Source of the DNA: Pristiophorus japonicus
Lineage: Eukaryota
Length of the DNA stretch: 64,000 bases
Direction: 5' to 3'
Assembly: GCF_044704955.1 (NCBI RefSeq)
Contig: NC_091984.1
Location: 179,304,001-179,368,000 of the forward strand
Made by a program: the position numbers and the translations under genes. The notes beneath the pieces were generated by a model. It did not search any database and had not been told where the DNA came from. It saw nothing but the letters and a program-made list of their open reading frames with translations. Positions 25,215-37,010 of the stretch are shown piece by piece (position 1 is the stretch's first letter; every line of letters starts with the position of its first letter).

Positions 25215-28200
25215 GGCCTAGCAATTCGGTGCTTTAGTGCTGGCCATTAAGACATTTGAAGGATAAATGGCAGAAGCCGCCATTTTGGACGGGTCGGCAG
25301 CGCTGCAGAAGCTTGTGCTCGGCTGCAGATATGTAGATTAGGCTGATCGTGACAAAACATAGAAACACAGAAAATAGATGCAGGAGTAGGCCATTCGGCC
25401 CTTCGAGCCTGCACCACCATTCAATAAGGTCATGGCTGATCATTTCCTCAGTACCCCCTTTCCTGCTTTCTCTGCATACTCCTATATCCATTTAGCCATA
25501 AGGGCCATATCTAACTCCCTCTTGAATATATCCAATAAACTGGCATCAACAACTCCCTGTGGTAGGGAATTCCACAGGTTAACAACTCTCTGAATGAAGA
25601 AGTTTCCCCTCATCTCAGTCCTAAATGGTCTACCCCTTATCCTAAGACTGTGTCCTCTGGCTCTGGACTTATGCAACATCGGGAACATTCTTCCCGCATC
25701 TAAGCTGTCCAGTCCCGTCAGAATCTTATAAGTTTCTATGAGATCCCCTCTCATCCTTCTAAACTCCAGTGTATAAAGGCCCAGTTGATCCAGTCTCTCC
25801 TCATATGTCAATCCCACCATCCCGGGAATCAGTCTGGTGAACCTGTGCTGCACTCCCTCAATAGCAAGAACGTCCTTCCTCAGATTAGAAGACCAAAACT
25901 GAACACAATATTGCAACTGCAGTAAGACCTCCCTGTTCCTTTACTCAAATTACCTAGCTATGAAGGCCAACATACAAATTGCCTTCTTCACCGCCTGCTG
26001 TACCTGAATGCCAACTTTCAATGCCAGATAAACCATGACACCCAGGTCTCGTTGCACCTCCCCTTTTCCTAATCTGCCGTCATTCAGATAATATTCTGCC
26101 TTCGTATTTTGGCCCCCAAAGTGGATAACCTCACATTTATCCACATTATACTGCATCTGCCATGCATTGGCCCACTCACGTAACCTCTCCAAATCATCCT
26201 GCAGCCTTTTAGCGTCCTCCTCACAGCTCTCACCGCCACCCAGTTTAGTGTCATCTGCAAACTTGGAGATATTGCACTCAATTCCTTCATCTAAATAATT
26301 AATGCATATTGTAAAGATCTGGGGTCCCAGCACTGAGCCATGCGGCACCCTACTCGTCACTGCCTGCCATTCTGAAAAGGACCCGTTTATCCCGACTCTC
26401 TGCTTCCTGTCTGCCAACCAGTTCTCTATCCACGTCAGTAAATCACCCCAAATACGATGTGCTTTGATTTTTCACACCAATCTCTTGTGTGAGACCTTGT
26501 TAAAAACCTTTTGAAAGTCCAAATATACCACATCCACTGGTTCTCCCTTGTCCATTCTACTAGTTACACCCTCAAAAAATTCCAGAAGATTTGTCAAGCA
26601 TGATTTCCCTTTCATAAATCCATGCTGACTTGGACCAATCCTGTCACTGCTTTCCAAATGCGCTGCTATTTCATCTTTAATAATTGATGCCAACATATTC
26701 CCCACTACTGATGTCAGGCTAACCGATCTATAATTACCCGTTTTCCCTCTGCCTCCTTTTTAAACAGTGGCGTTACATTAGCTACCCTTCAGTCCATAGG
26801 AACTGATCCAGAGTCGATAGACTGTTGGAAAATGATCACCAATGCATCTACTATTTCTATGGCCTTAAGTACTCTGGATGCAGACTATCAGGCACCGGGA
26901 TTTATTGGCCTGCAATCCCATCAATTTCCCCAATACAATTTCTTGCTTTATAAGGATATCCTTCAGTTCCTCCTTCTCACTAGACCCTCGGTCCCCTAGT
27001 ATTTCCAGAAGGTTATTTTTTATTTTCCTTCGTGAAAACAGAACCAAAGTATTTGTTTAACTGGTCCGCCATTTCTTTGTTCCCCATTATAAATTCACCT
27101 GAATCTGACTGCAAGGGACCTACCATTCTTTTCACTAATCTTTTTCTCTTCACACATCTATAGAAGTTTTTGCAGTCAGTTTTTATGTTCCCAGAAAGCT
27201 TCCTCGCATACTCTATTTTCCTCCTCCTAATTAAGCCCTTTGTCCGCCTCTGCTGTATTACAAAATTCTCCTAGTCCTCAGGTTTGCAGCTTTTTCTGGC
27301 CAATTTATATGCCTCTTCCTTGGATTTAACACTATCCTTAATTTCCCTTGTTAGCCACGGTTGAGCCACCTTCCCCGTTTTATTTTTACTCCAGGCAGCG
27401 ATGTACACTTGTTGACGTTCATCATGTGATCTTTAAATGCTTGCCATTGCCTATCCACCGTCAACCCTTTAAGTATCCCTCGCCCGTCTATTCCAGCCAA
27501 TTCAGGTCTCATACCATCGAAGTTACCTTTCCCCAAGTTCAGGACCCTAGTCTCTGAATTTACTGTGCAACTCTCCATCTTAATAAAGAATTCTACCATT
27601 TTATGGTCACTCTTCCCCAAGGGGCCTCGCAAAACAAGATTGTTAATTAGTCCTTTCTCATTACACATCACCCAGTCTAGAATGGCCAGCCCCCTAGTTG
27701 GTTCCTCGACATATTGATCTCGACAACCATCCCTAATACAATGCAGGAAATCCTGCTCCACCACATTGCTACCAGTTTGATTAGCCCAGTCAATATGTAC
27801 ATTGAAATCGCCCATGATAACTGCTGTACCTTTATTGCACGGATCCCTAATTGCTTGTTTGATGCTATCCCCAGTGAGTGACGACAGTGAGTGTGCGACG
27901 CACACTTGTTGCCTGATCTGCGGTTTGTACGGTCACCACTCCACTTAGCGGCGTGTGCAAATCACAACCAAACGATCAAGCGTTCAGCAGCAGGAAGGAA
28001 GCTCAAGCAACGGTAGTTAAAAGGGTTATCATCAAGTTGCAGATGGCATGGTTTTTCAGTTTCACTGGCTCTGTGTAACTTTCTGCAAATCTTGTAGTTT
28101 TTTTTAACTTGTTTCAAGTTGCAGAGGTGAAAGGAAATGTTGGTGCTAGTGGAGAACGCCTTCATTCTTATTTAAAGGCTACTGCTCATGCCAACTTCTC

Positions 28201-28528
28201 ACCAAGGAGATGGTCACAGAACTCTGCCAGCATCTGCAACAAGATCTGCTGATTTAGTGCACGGCAGCTACGCCGTCTTCCATTAGCTCTCAAGTCACCG
28301 TGGCCCTCAGTGTTTTCCCCAGCGGAACTTTCCATCTGCAGCAGGAGACATAGCTTACATCTCCCATTACACCATACATCACTGCATCCAGGCTGCCACA
28401 GAGGCTCTTTATACCAGGGGCAGGGATTACGTTGTCTTCTCTCTGAACAGGGAGAATGAGGAGTAACGGACAGGTGGCTTTGAACAGACAATAGGTTGCA
28501 CAAGCAACAGTTCTGCTACCTCTGCTGC
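25215..28528 (+). mobile_element. Harbinger transposon 5' part with degenerate transposase N-terminus, interrupted by CR1
   Basis: 28280-28440 resembles LPLALKVTVAL..SG.F.SAAGDIAYISHYTIHHCI..ATEAL; paralog 44812-45580. Confidence 0.7.
25354..27873 (-). mobile_element. CR1 LINE, 5'-truncated within the endonuclease
   Basis: EN/RT ORF fragments 25482-27905; tail at 25355; GTGAC at 25349-25353 and 27878-27882 is the likely TSD; empty site at about 44932. Confidence 0.95.
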
Positions 28529-28529
28529 A

Positions 28530-30248
28530 GGAGGGGTCAAAAGTAAAAATCATGGTTTAAAAACTAGGATTAAAACACTCTACCTAAATGCACACAGCAT
28601 TCGAAATAACGTAAATGAGTTGACGGCACAAATCATTACAAATGGGTATGATTTGGTGGCCATTACAGAAACATGGTTGCAGGGTGGCCAAGACTGGGAA
28701 TTAAACATACAGGGGTATCTGACGATTCGGAAAGATAGACAAGAAGGGAAAGGAGGTGGGGTAGCTCTGTTAATAAAGGATGATATCAGGGCAGTTGTGA
28801 GGGACGATATTGGCTCTTATGAACAAAATGTTGAATCATTGTGGGTGGAGATTAGAGATAGTAAGGGGAAAAGGTCACTGGTGGGCGTAGTTTATAGGCC
28901 CCCAAATAATAACTTCATGGTGGGGCGGGCAATAATCAAGGGAATAATGGAGGCATGAGAAAAAGGAACGGCAGTAGTCATAGGGGATTTTAACCTACAT
29001 ATCGATTGGTCAACTCAAATCGCACGGGGTAGCCTGGAGGAGGAATTCATAGAATGCATACGGGATTGTTTCTTAGAACAGTATGTTACAGAACCTACAA
29101 GGGAGCAAGCTATCTTAGATCTGGTCCTGTGTAATGAGACAGGAAAAATAAACGATTTCCTCGTAAAAGATCCTCTCGGAATGAGTGATCACAGTATGGT
29201 TGAATTTGTAATACAGATTGAGGGTGAGGAAGTTGTGTCAGAAACGAGCATACTATGCTTAAACAAAGGGGACTACAGTGGGATGAGGGCAGAGTTGGCT
29301 GAAGTAGACTGGAAACACAGACTAAACGGTGGCACAATTGAGGAACAGTGGAGGACTTTTAAGGAGCTCTTTCATGGTGCGCAACAAAAATATATTCCAG
29401 TGAAAAAGAAAGGCCGTAAGAGAAGGGATAACCAGCCGTGGATAACCAAGGAAATAAAGGAGAGTATCAAATCAAAGACCAATGGTGGCCAAGGTTAGTG
29501 GGAAGCTCGCGGATTGGCAACATTTTCAACAACAGCAAAGAATGACTAAAAAAGCAATAAAGAAAGGAAAGATAGATTTCGAAGGTAAACTTGCGCAAAA
29601 CATAAAAATAGATAGTAAAAACTTTTACAGATATGTAAAACGGAAAAGAGTGACTAAAGTAAATGTTGGTCCCTTAGAAGATGAGAAGGGGGATTTAATA
29701 ATGGGAAATGTGGAAATGGCTGAGCCCTTAAACAATTATTTTGCTTCGGTCTTCACAGTGGAAGACACAAAAACCATGCCAAAAATTGCTGGTCACGGGA
29801 ATGTGGGAATGGAGGACCTTGAGACAATCACTATCATTAGGGGGGGTAGTGCTGGACAGGCTAATGGGACTCAAGGTGGACAAGTCCCCTGGTCCTGATG
29901 AAATGCATCCCAGAGTATTAAAAGAGATGGCGGAAGTTATAGCAGATGCATTCGTTATAATCTACCAAACTTCTCTGGACTCTGGGGAGGTACCAGCGGA
30001 TTGGAAAGCAGCTAATGTAACGCCTCTGTTTAAAAAAGGGGGCAGACAAAAGGCAGGTAACTATAGGCCGGTTAGTTTAACATCTGTAGTGGGGAAAATG
30101 CTTGAAACTATCATTAAGGAAGAAATAGCGGGACATCTAGATATGAATAGTGCAATCATGCAGACGCAGCATGGATTCATGAAGGGGAAATCATGTTTAA
30201 CTAATTTACTAGAATTCTTTGAGGATATAACGAGCATGGTGGATAGAG
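28530..30248 (+). mobile_element. CR1 LINE ORF2 (endonuclease plus N-terminal RT), 3' end missing
   Basis: ITETWL, VVYRPP, SDH, KSPGPD, NYRPVSLTS motifs in ORFs 28620-30358. Confidence 0.93.
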
Positions 30249-30843
30249 CTGCATCGATGGATTTGCTTGGCAGATTGAGTAAGTTTATGTCAAGACTATT
30301 ATCCTTAAAATATATTCATATAGAGCTTGTAAATCAGCAGCCAGTGATGGTTAAGTGATAGCTAGGCACAAATGGCGACCAACCTAATGTATTTGACGGG
30401 GTACAAACGCCATTTATAACGATGTTACCACTGCTGTGAGGTTTTAGCTATGAGAGGAGACGGGGTAAGCTCCATTCACCAAATGCTTACAAGGGACTGT
30501 GAGGATAGGGAGTGTCCTACCTGTAAGAGTGGAGCGAGCAGAATCCATGGTAGCGGCTAAAAAGGGAAGAAGATAAGCGTTTCAAAAAGGACAGAATATA
30601 TCCGAGAAATAGCATACGTCGAATGCGCTTTCAAAGAGCTGGGGCGGGCGCGATCCGCTTCCTAGTCTTTCAGATTGGTTTATACACGACCCCTATTTCC
30701 ACGCCGGCATTAATTGTTGGCAAAAGGCTAAATTCACAAATTCAAAAGTTTCATACGATACTTTTTAAATTCCCACTAAAGCAATTTCGTGATTAATAAG
30801 CATTCCTGGATTGAGACTGCAGATGGGTAGTTTGGAGACATGC

Positions 30844-32122
30844 TATGAGATCCCCTCTCATTCTTCTGAACTCCAGTGAATACAAGCCCAGTTTGATCCA
30901 GTCTTTCTTGATATGTCAGTCCTGCCATCCCGGGAATCAGTCTGGTGAACCTTCGCTGCACTCCCTCAATAGCAAGAATGTCCTTCCTCAAATTAGGAGA
31001 CCAAAACTGTACACAATACTCCAGGTGTGGCCTCAGCAAAGCCCTGTACAACTGTAGTAACACCTCCCTGCCCCTGTTCTCAAATCCCCTCGCTATGAAG
31101 GCCAACATGCCATTTGCTTTCTTAACCGCCTGCTGTACCTGCATGCCAACCTTCAATGACTGATGTACCATGACACCCAGGTCTCGTTGCACCTCCCCTT
31201 TTCCTAATCTGTTACCATTCTGATAATAGTCTGTCTCTATGTTTTTAACCACCAAAGTGGATAACCTCACATTTATCCACATTATACTTCATCTGCCATG
31301 CATTTGCCAACTCACCTAACCTATCCAAGTCACTCTGCAGCCTCATAGCATCCTCCTCGCAGCTCACACTGCCACCCAACTTAGTGTCATCCGCAAATTT
31401 GGAGATACTACATTTAATCCCCTCGACTAAATCATTAATGTACAATGTAAACAGCTAGGGCCCCAGCAGAGAACCTTGCGGCACCCCACTAGTCACTGCC
31501 TGCCATTCCGAAAAGTCCCCATTTACTCCTACTCTTTGCTTCCTGTCTGACAACCGGTTCTCAATCCACGTCAGCACACTACCCCCAATCCCATGTGCTT
31601 TAACTTTGCACATTAATCTCTTGTGTGGGACCTTGTCAAAAGCCTTCTGAAAGTCCAAATACACCACATCAACTGGTTCTCCCTTGTCCACTCTACTGGA
31701 AACATCCTCAAAACATTTCAGAAGATTTGTCAAGCATGATTTCCCTTTCACAAATCCATACTGACTTGGACCTATCATGTCACCTCTTTCCAAATGCGCT
31801 GCTATGACATCCTTAATAATTGATTCCATCATTTTACCCACTACAGATGTCAGGCTGACCGGTCTATAATTCCCTGTTTTCTCTCTCCCTCCTTTTTTAA
31901 AAAAGTGGGGTTACATTGGCTACCCCTCCACTCGATAGGAACTGATCCAGAGTCTATGGAATGTTGGAAAATGACTGTCAATGCATCCGCTATTTCCAAG
32001 GCCACCTCCTTAAGTTCTCTGGGATGCAGTCCATCAGGCCCTGGGGATTTATCGGCCTTCAATCCCATCAATTTCCCCAACACAATTTCCCGACTAATAA
32101 GGATTTCCCTCAGTTCCTCCTT
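30844..32122 (-). mobile_element. Young CR1 LINE internal fragment (both ends missing)
   Basis: RT ORF fragments 30776-32083; 4 mismatches in 113 nt against 8881-8993. Confidence 0.95.
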
Positions 32123-32892
32123 TCAACATCATTCTTTCTGCCCAATGTAAACGAAGCCTGTTGGCTCACCTAGTTCACGCTCTTTTGTCCAATGAAGCAA
32201 GTTAATCCTCAATGCGCCTTAACATTATGTCTCAGTTCGTGCTCCCAGACCATCGCCTGCGGGAGCGCGGCTAGTACAATCTATCCTTTGTGTGATTCTA
32301 AAATATCTATATTGAGCGATAATATTGATGCAATTCTATCTCTCTAAAATAACACTCTCGTTTAAAACAGGTAATAAAAAAACTACAGTGTTTAAAGCTA
32401 TTTTGGGAGAACTAATTTATAGAATATTAACAAGTATTCTTTATTGATCTTATTTGAAAAAAAAATGAGTTCTTCGTGGGCAATGAATGTTAAAAATGAA
32501 ATCCGATTCTCTAAGGCTTGTGTTCATAGAAGAATACGGAGCTATGCGATATGCCACACTCTCTCCATTCGCAGCCTCCAGTTGTCTTAGTGAATGGTTG
32601 AATCACTATAGGTTGATTCTCTTTCAATTGAACAATGATGCATTGGGACAAATTGCACTGTGTAGTTTTGCTACATCTACATTTCAGGTTTGCATGAAAT
32701 TCATTGCGTCGTCATTTTAACAGATTTTAAATAGTGCAATGTCTCTGCTAAATAGCAGCCAATGAATATTTCACATGAACTCATTCAGGTCCCCTTCTCT
32801 TCTTAGGCATGCTGAGATTTCATCTCAACTATTTCTGCATGTCGCGATCGGGTCAAGTAATTGACAAAAATATATCAGCTAAAATTTACTTC

Positions 32893-32970
32893 ATGCAAAC
32901 ATTAATCAGACTGATTCCAAGGATCCAATAAACGGTCGCGACGTGACAGAAATTTGCATAAATATTAAAT
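32893..32970 (+). promoter_or_regulatory. IgL V promoter with canonical octamer
   Basis: ATTTGCAT at 32952-32959 in light-chain orientation, CCAAT at about 32925, AT-rich TATA-like tract after the octamer, about 130 nt upstream of the ATG at 33085. Confidence 0.8.
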
Positions 32971-33084
32971 GGGACGTGATATCCTCCTGTGTAAATGCAC
33001 TTAAGGAGGTTTAGAAGGTGCAGGATCATTAGGTTCGTGCAGGGAAATATTTTGTTCTGACTTTGATTTTTAAAAATCTGCAAA

Positions 33085-33603
33085 ATGAGTGTGGCTTCCA
33101 GTTCTCGCTGCCTTGATGCTCTGTATTCTTCTCTGTAATTCTTCAATATTCCTGCTCTTTGCATTACGCTGATCGGGTGCCGTACTTAAGCTTCACCGAT
33201 CTGAATTGCAATTATTTTTCGCGATTTATTTCCGAGGCACTTAACCGTAACTTTTTATTTCACCAGGTACAAACGCCGGTACTGTGCTGACTCAGCCGCT
33301 GTCCATCCCAATTTCACTGGGAAAAACCGTCAAAGTCACTTGCACCCTGTCCGGATGCAGCATGGGCAACTATTACACAGAAACCCGGTAGTGCCCCTGC
33401 CTATGTTTGGAATGATTATTTCTCGAGCAGTGGTGCGGGGATTCCTCATCGATTCACTGGATCTAGGGACACCTCGAGCAACGTCATGCATTTAACCATC
33501 AGCAACTTACAATCCGGGGATGCCGTCGATTACTTCTGTGGTGCCTGGGATAACAATGGTGGTGGGCTCACTTTCGGGAAAGGAACTAAACTGAATCTGG
33601 GCA
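33085..33603 (+). pseudogene. IGLV: Ig lambda (type II) germline-joined leader-VJ pseudogene, cluster 2
   Basis: VJ exon 33267-33603 reads GTVLTQPLSIPISLGKTVKVTCTLSGCSMGNYYT, frameshift, KPGSAPAYVW...RFTGSRDTSSNVMHLTISNLQSGDAVDYFCGAWDNNGGGLTFGKGTKLNLG. Lesions: 2-nt deletion in leader, leader donor lost, 14-nt deletion removing the FR2 Trp, J donor reads GAAAGT. Confidence 0.95.
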
Positions 33604-36472
33604 GAAAGTACAGTTTTTGATATGTACATCTGGCTTCTTGAAGTACAACTTTTCAATTGCTGGGTTAATCCGGTTGTAGTGAAAATGCTTTTCAACACAG
33701 ATTTATAATTCACCGAATCTCTCTTGGTGTTTCTATTCTGTTTGCTGATGGAACTTTCGCACAACAATACAGTGTTATAGATGACATTCTAGCATCTTCC
33801 GAATAATTATTTTTGGGTCGGTGGAATTGAGCTTGCGTCAGTGTAATGAACATTTCTTGGTGATTTGAAACATATTCGTAAAGCATTGGTCAAGCTGCAT
33901 AGGACGGCATTTAAAAATATCTGCACACTTGTGACTGAGTGTCATTATCCCAGCGCGGTGATTAATGACTCGACTCACGTAGAGCTAAAAAGAAAACTAT
34001 AACGCTAAATATTTTCTAATTCCCCGACACGGTGCCATTAAAGATTCAGAATCAGAGAGTTGGAGCGTGTGTCGTCAGTGAGACATTCTCAGTATTTTAT
34101 TTCTTGTTAAATATTAATTCACAATGTCACTCGTATGTAATGAATAACTATAAATCAAATTGATTGGGATCGAAATTTTAATATAAGTTGCAGATTTGAA
34201 GAAGTTGATATTATATTTTTACAGGCATATTGAGGTTACCAGAGATAAAATGGGATTAGAGGTTTGTTGCCTTTGGAAAGACATTATGAATGGAGACGGT
34301 CATGTCCTCTCTAGTTTAGTTCTATGTTCTCAAGGAAACTCGAAAATATTGGCTGAAGAGTGATAGCTTAATTAGGTCAAATGATGCATCATGGGTGACT
34401 ATGATATCTTGGATCTTGCTTGATCACCTTCAAGCGTTCCAGAGAAATTTCGCAGAGCTTTCCCGGAACTGCGCACATGCTTTTCCCAGAAGACGACAGC
34501 ACGGAAGGGTGCATGATTGGATGTCCTCGGCAACTAAGAGCCTGAAACACCTTCCCATGTTTCTATTCGTGTATTTGTAGCATTGTAATAAACTTTAGTG
34601 TTTGATCCCGTGCCAATATTATGCCCACTGATAGACTCATTACTTTCGAATCCAATTCATTTTGTATGAATAGAATCGCGGGCCAGGATTCGAGTTATTA
34701 TTTCATTCTGTCGGTAAAATGGTATAACTCTGCAGTTAATCCGTGACACTCAATCGACATTTTGATTATAATATTTAGCTACATGCCGTAGAAAAGGTAC
34801 TGCATTAAATCTGGTGTAAGTTAAATTTCAAAAATAATACAATAGGAAATGATACTGTCAAACTACTCTGGCGGTTGATTTGTCTGAGTTTGTAACTTTC
34901 TCACGTCTGGATCAGAACGTTTTAGATTTAAGCCTCTTTTTCAGGCGTCACATCAGAATATACGAACAGCAGAGCACTATGGAGCCCCTTGAGCTACCAT
35001 TCTATTGGATCATGGCTGATATGTAGGCCCATTCAATTTAGCCGTCTTTGCTCCCAATCTCTTGATACCCTTAGCCTACAAAAAATCTATCATAGTCTTG
35101 AAAATCTCAATTCACCCAAGAGCCACAACCTTTTTGGAGCAGGAAATTTCAGATTGCCACCACCCTTTGTGTGAAAGAGTGTTTCCTGATTTCACTCCTT
35201 AATGCCCTAGCTCTAATTTTAAGACCTTGCCTTCTTGTTCTGGATTCGCCCAACCGAGGCAATAGTAGTATGGAAGGAATGCGGATTTGAAGGAAATGCT
35301 TTCCTTTAGATGACGCCACAAAGAGGAATCCCACATTCCTGTTCAAGTGGACGTCCATCATCCCACTTCATTATTCGAGCAGCAGCAGAAAATCACAACC
35401 CCAGCCCCCGCCTCAATCATTGCCTTAAAAGAGAGGGATTTCTGTCTGTAGCTTCTTGCTTTGTTTAAATTTACTATCACTGAGCTTCAAGTAATATATG
35501 TGAAAACGGATGCGGTGCTATATAATGGCCCTCGCTTTCTGCAGCAGATGGTTCCACGCCTGACTAGGCAGCTAAAAGCGGAAAAACTGCGTAGCGATGA
35601 CGTCATACAGCTACTCAAGCGTAACTCTGCCAGGGGCAATAGTTATCCCAGCATTCTCATTATAACCGACTGAAAAGACTGAACAGACTGCGGCTCTGAA
35701 TCATTGAAGATGCTGGGCGGTGACCTAATAGAGGTGTTTTAATTCTTGAAAGGGTTTGATAGTGTAGACTTAGGAAATATGTTTCCACTTGAGAGTTAAT
35801 CCAAAACCTGGGATACTAGATAGTCACTAATAAATCCAAGAATGTATTCATGAGAAACTTCTTTGCCGTGAGAGTGGTTAGAATGTGCATCTTGCTACTA
35901 CCGGGACCAGTTGAGTCGAAATACTGAAATGGCTTTAAGGAGAAACGAGATAAGTACATGCGTATCAAATGGATAGAAGGACATGCATCTCAGGTTAGAT
36001 GATGTAGGGTGGGAGGAGGATCGTGTGGAGCATGAAAGGCATAGACCAGTTGGGCCGAGTGGAATGTGTTTGTGCTGTAAATTCTATGTAATTCCATGTA
36101 AAAGTACAAGGTTGGCCCCGTTCAGCGTTATTAAACTTGCACGGTAATATTCTTAATAAGATTGGGCTACAAATTAAAATAAAATTTAACGAAAGAAAAA
36201 CTATAACCTTCAGGTTGAATCCAAATAAGAGCGAACAGTCTTCCAGTTTTATTTTCTTCTAGAGGCACGAGCCCTCGGTTTCTCTGCAATTCGTTATATA
36301 GTTTTCTAGATCAAGTAATTTGTTAAAGAACATTTTTAATCTCCCATTTTTACACTCTTAAGCTTGTACAGTGGTACCAAATTTAAAACTTTGAAAAATG
36401 AAACGTTGAATTTTGACTTTTTACATCCAATTCAGAGTGGTCTTCACGGGTTGTTTCTACTTTTCCGTTCAG

Positions 36473-36795
36473 ATCCGCGCGCCCCCTTGGTGACCGTCCT
36501 TCCGCCTTCATCGGATCAAATCGCAGCAAAGAACACGGCGACCTTGGTATGTTTGGTGAACGGCTTTAACCCGGAAGCTGTGGAGATTGAGTGGACTGTA
36601 GATGGCAGTGTAAGAGGGAATGGTGTTGAGACCAGTCAGATGCAGCAGCAGACGGACAACACGTTCAGTGTGAGCAGTTATCTGACTCTGCCAGCCTCAG
36701 ACTGGAACTCACACGAGCTTTACTCTTGTGTGGTTAAACACGAGACTCAGGCAAACCCGCTTGAAACAAGCATTGCGAGATCCAGCTGTATCTGA
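36473..36795 (+). CDS. IGLC: Ig lambda (type II) light-chain constant exon, open and apparently intact
   Basis: Acceptor ttttccgttcag; PRAPLVTVLPPSSDQIAAKNTATLVCLV...EW...FSVSSYLTL...YSCVVKHE...SIARSSCI*. Both domain Cys, the Trp and the penultimate Cys are present. The real start is the splice acceptor, not the TTG at 36364. Confidence 0.95.
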
Positions 36796-36908
36796 TTCGA
36801 TAATCTAATGCATTCGTCTAATATACCATCAGTAAACTTTCTTTGATCAAAGTTCGAATTTTAAGGATATGTTTGTTTTACTTCAATTGTTATATTTCAA
36901 GTTATAAA

Positions 36909-37010
36909 AATAAATATGCAGTTTGTTTGTTTAATTCCACCAGGTGTAACCCAAGAGTGTGCTGACTGTGCAGTCATCATAGCTTTATTGTCTCATTGCA
37001 GTGTAATAAA
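36909..37010 (+). terminator. Polyadenylation signals of the C exon
   Basis: AATAAA at 36909-36914 and 37005-37010. Confidence 0.6.

Larger units (their letters stand above)
10566..28530 (+). repeat. Segmental duplication unit 1 (IgL cluster lacking C)
   Basis: Colinear with 32139-45580 apart from insertions and deletions; about 80-90% identity by eye (9 mismatches in an 80-nt block starting at 10571). Confidence 0.92.

Noticed and set aside
30640-30720. GC-box plus ATTGG cluster resembling a promoter
   Set aside because: No associated exon or CpG island; sits between two truncated LINEs
36364-36472. N-terminal extension of the C ORF suggesting a single-exon, lambda5-like protein
   Set aside because: Starts at TTG with no in-frame ATG, and lies in intron sequence ending in a normal polypyrimidine/AG acceptor
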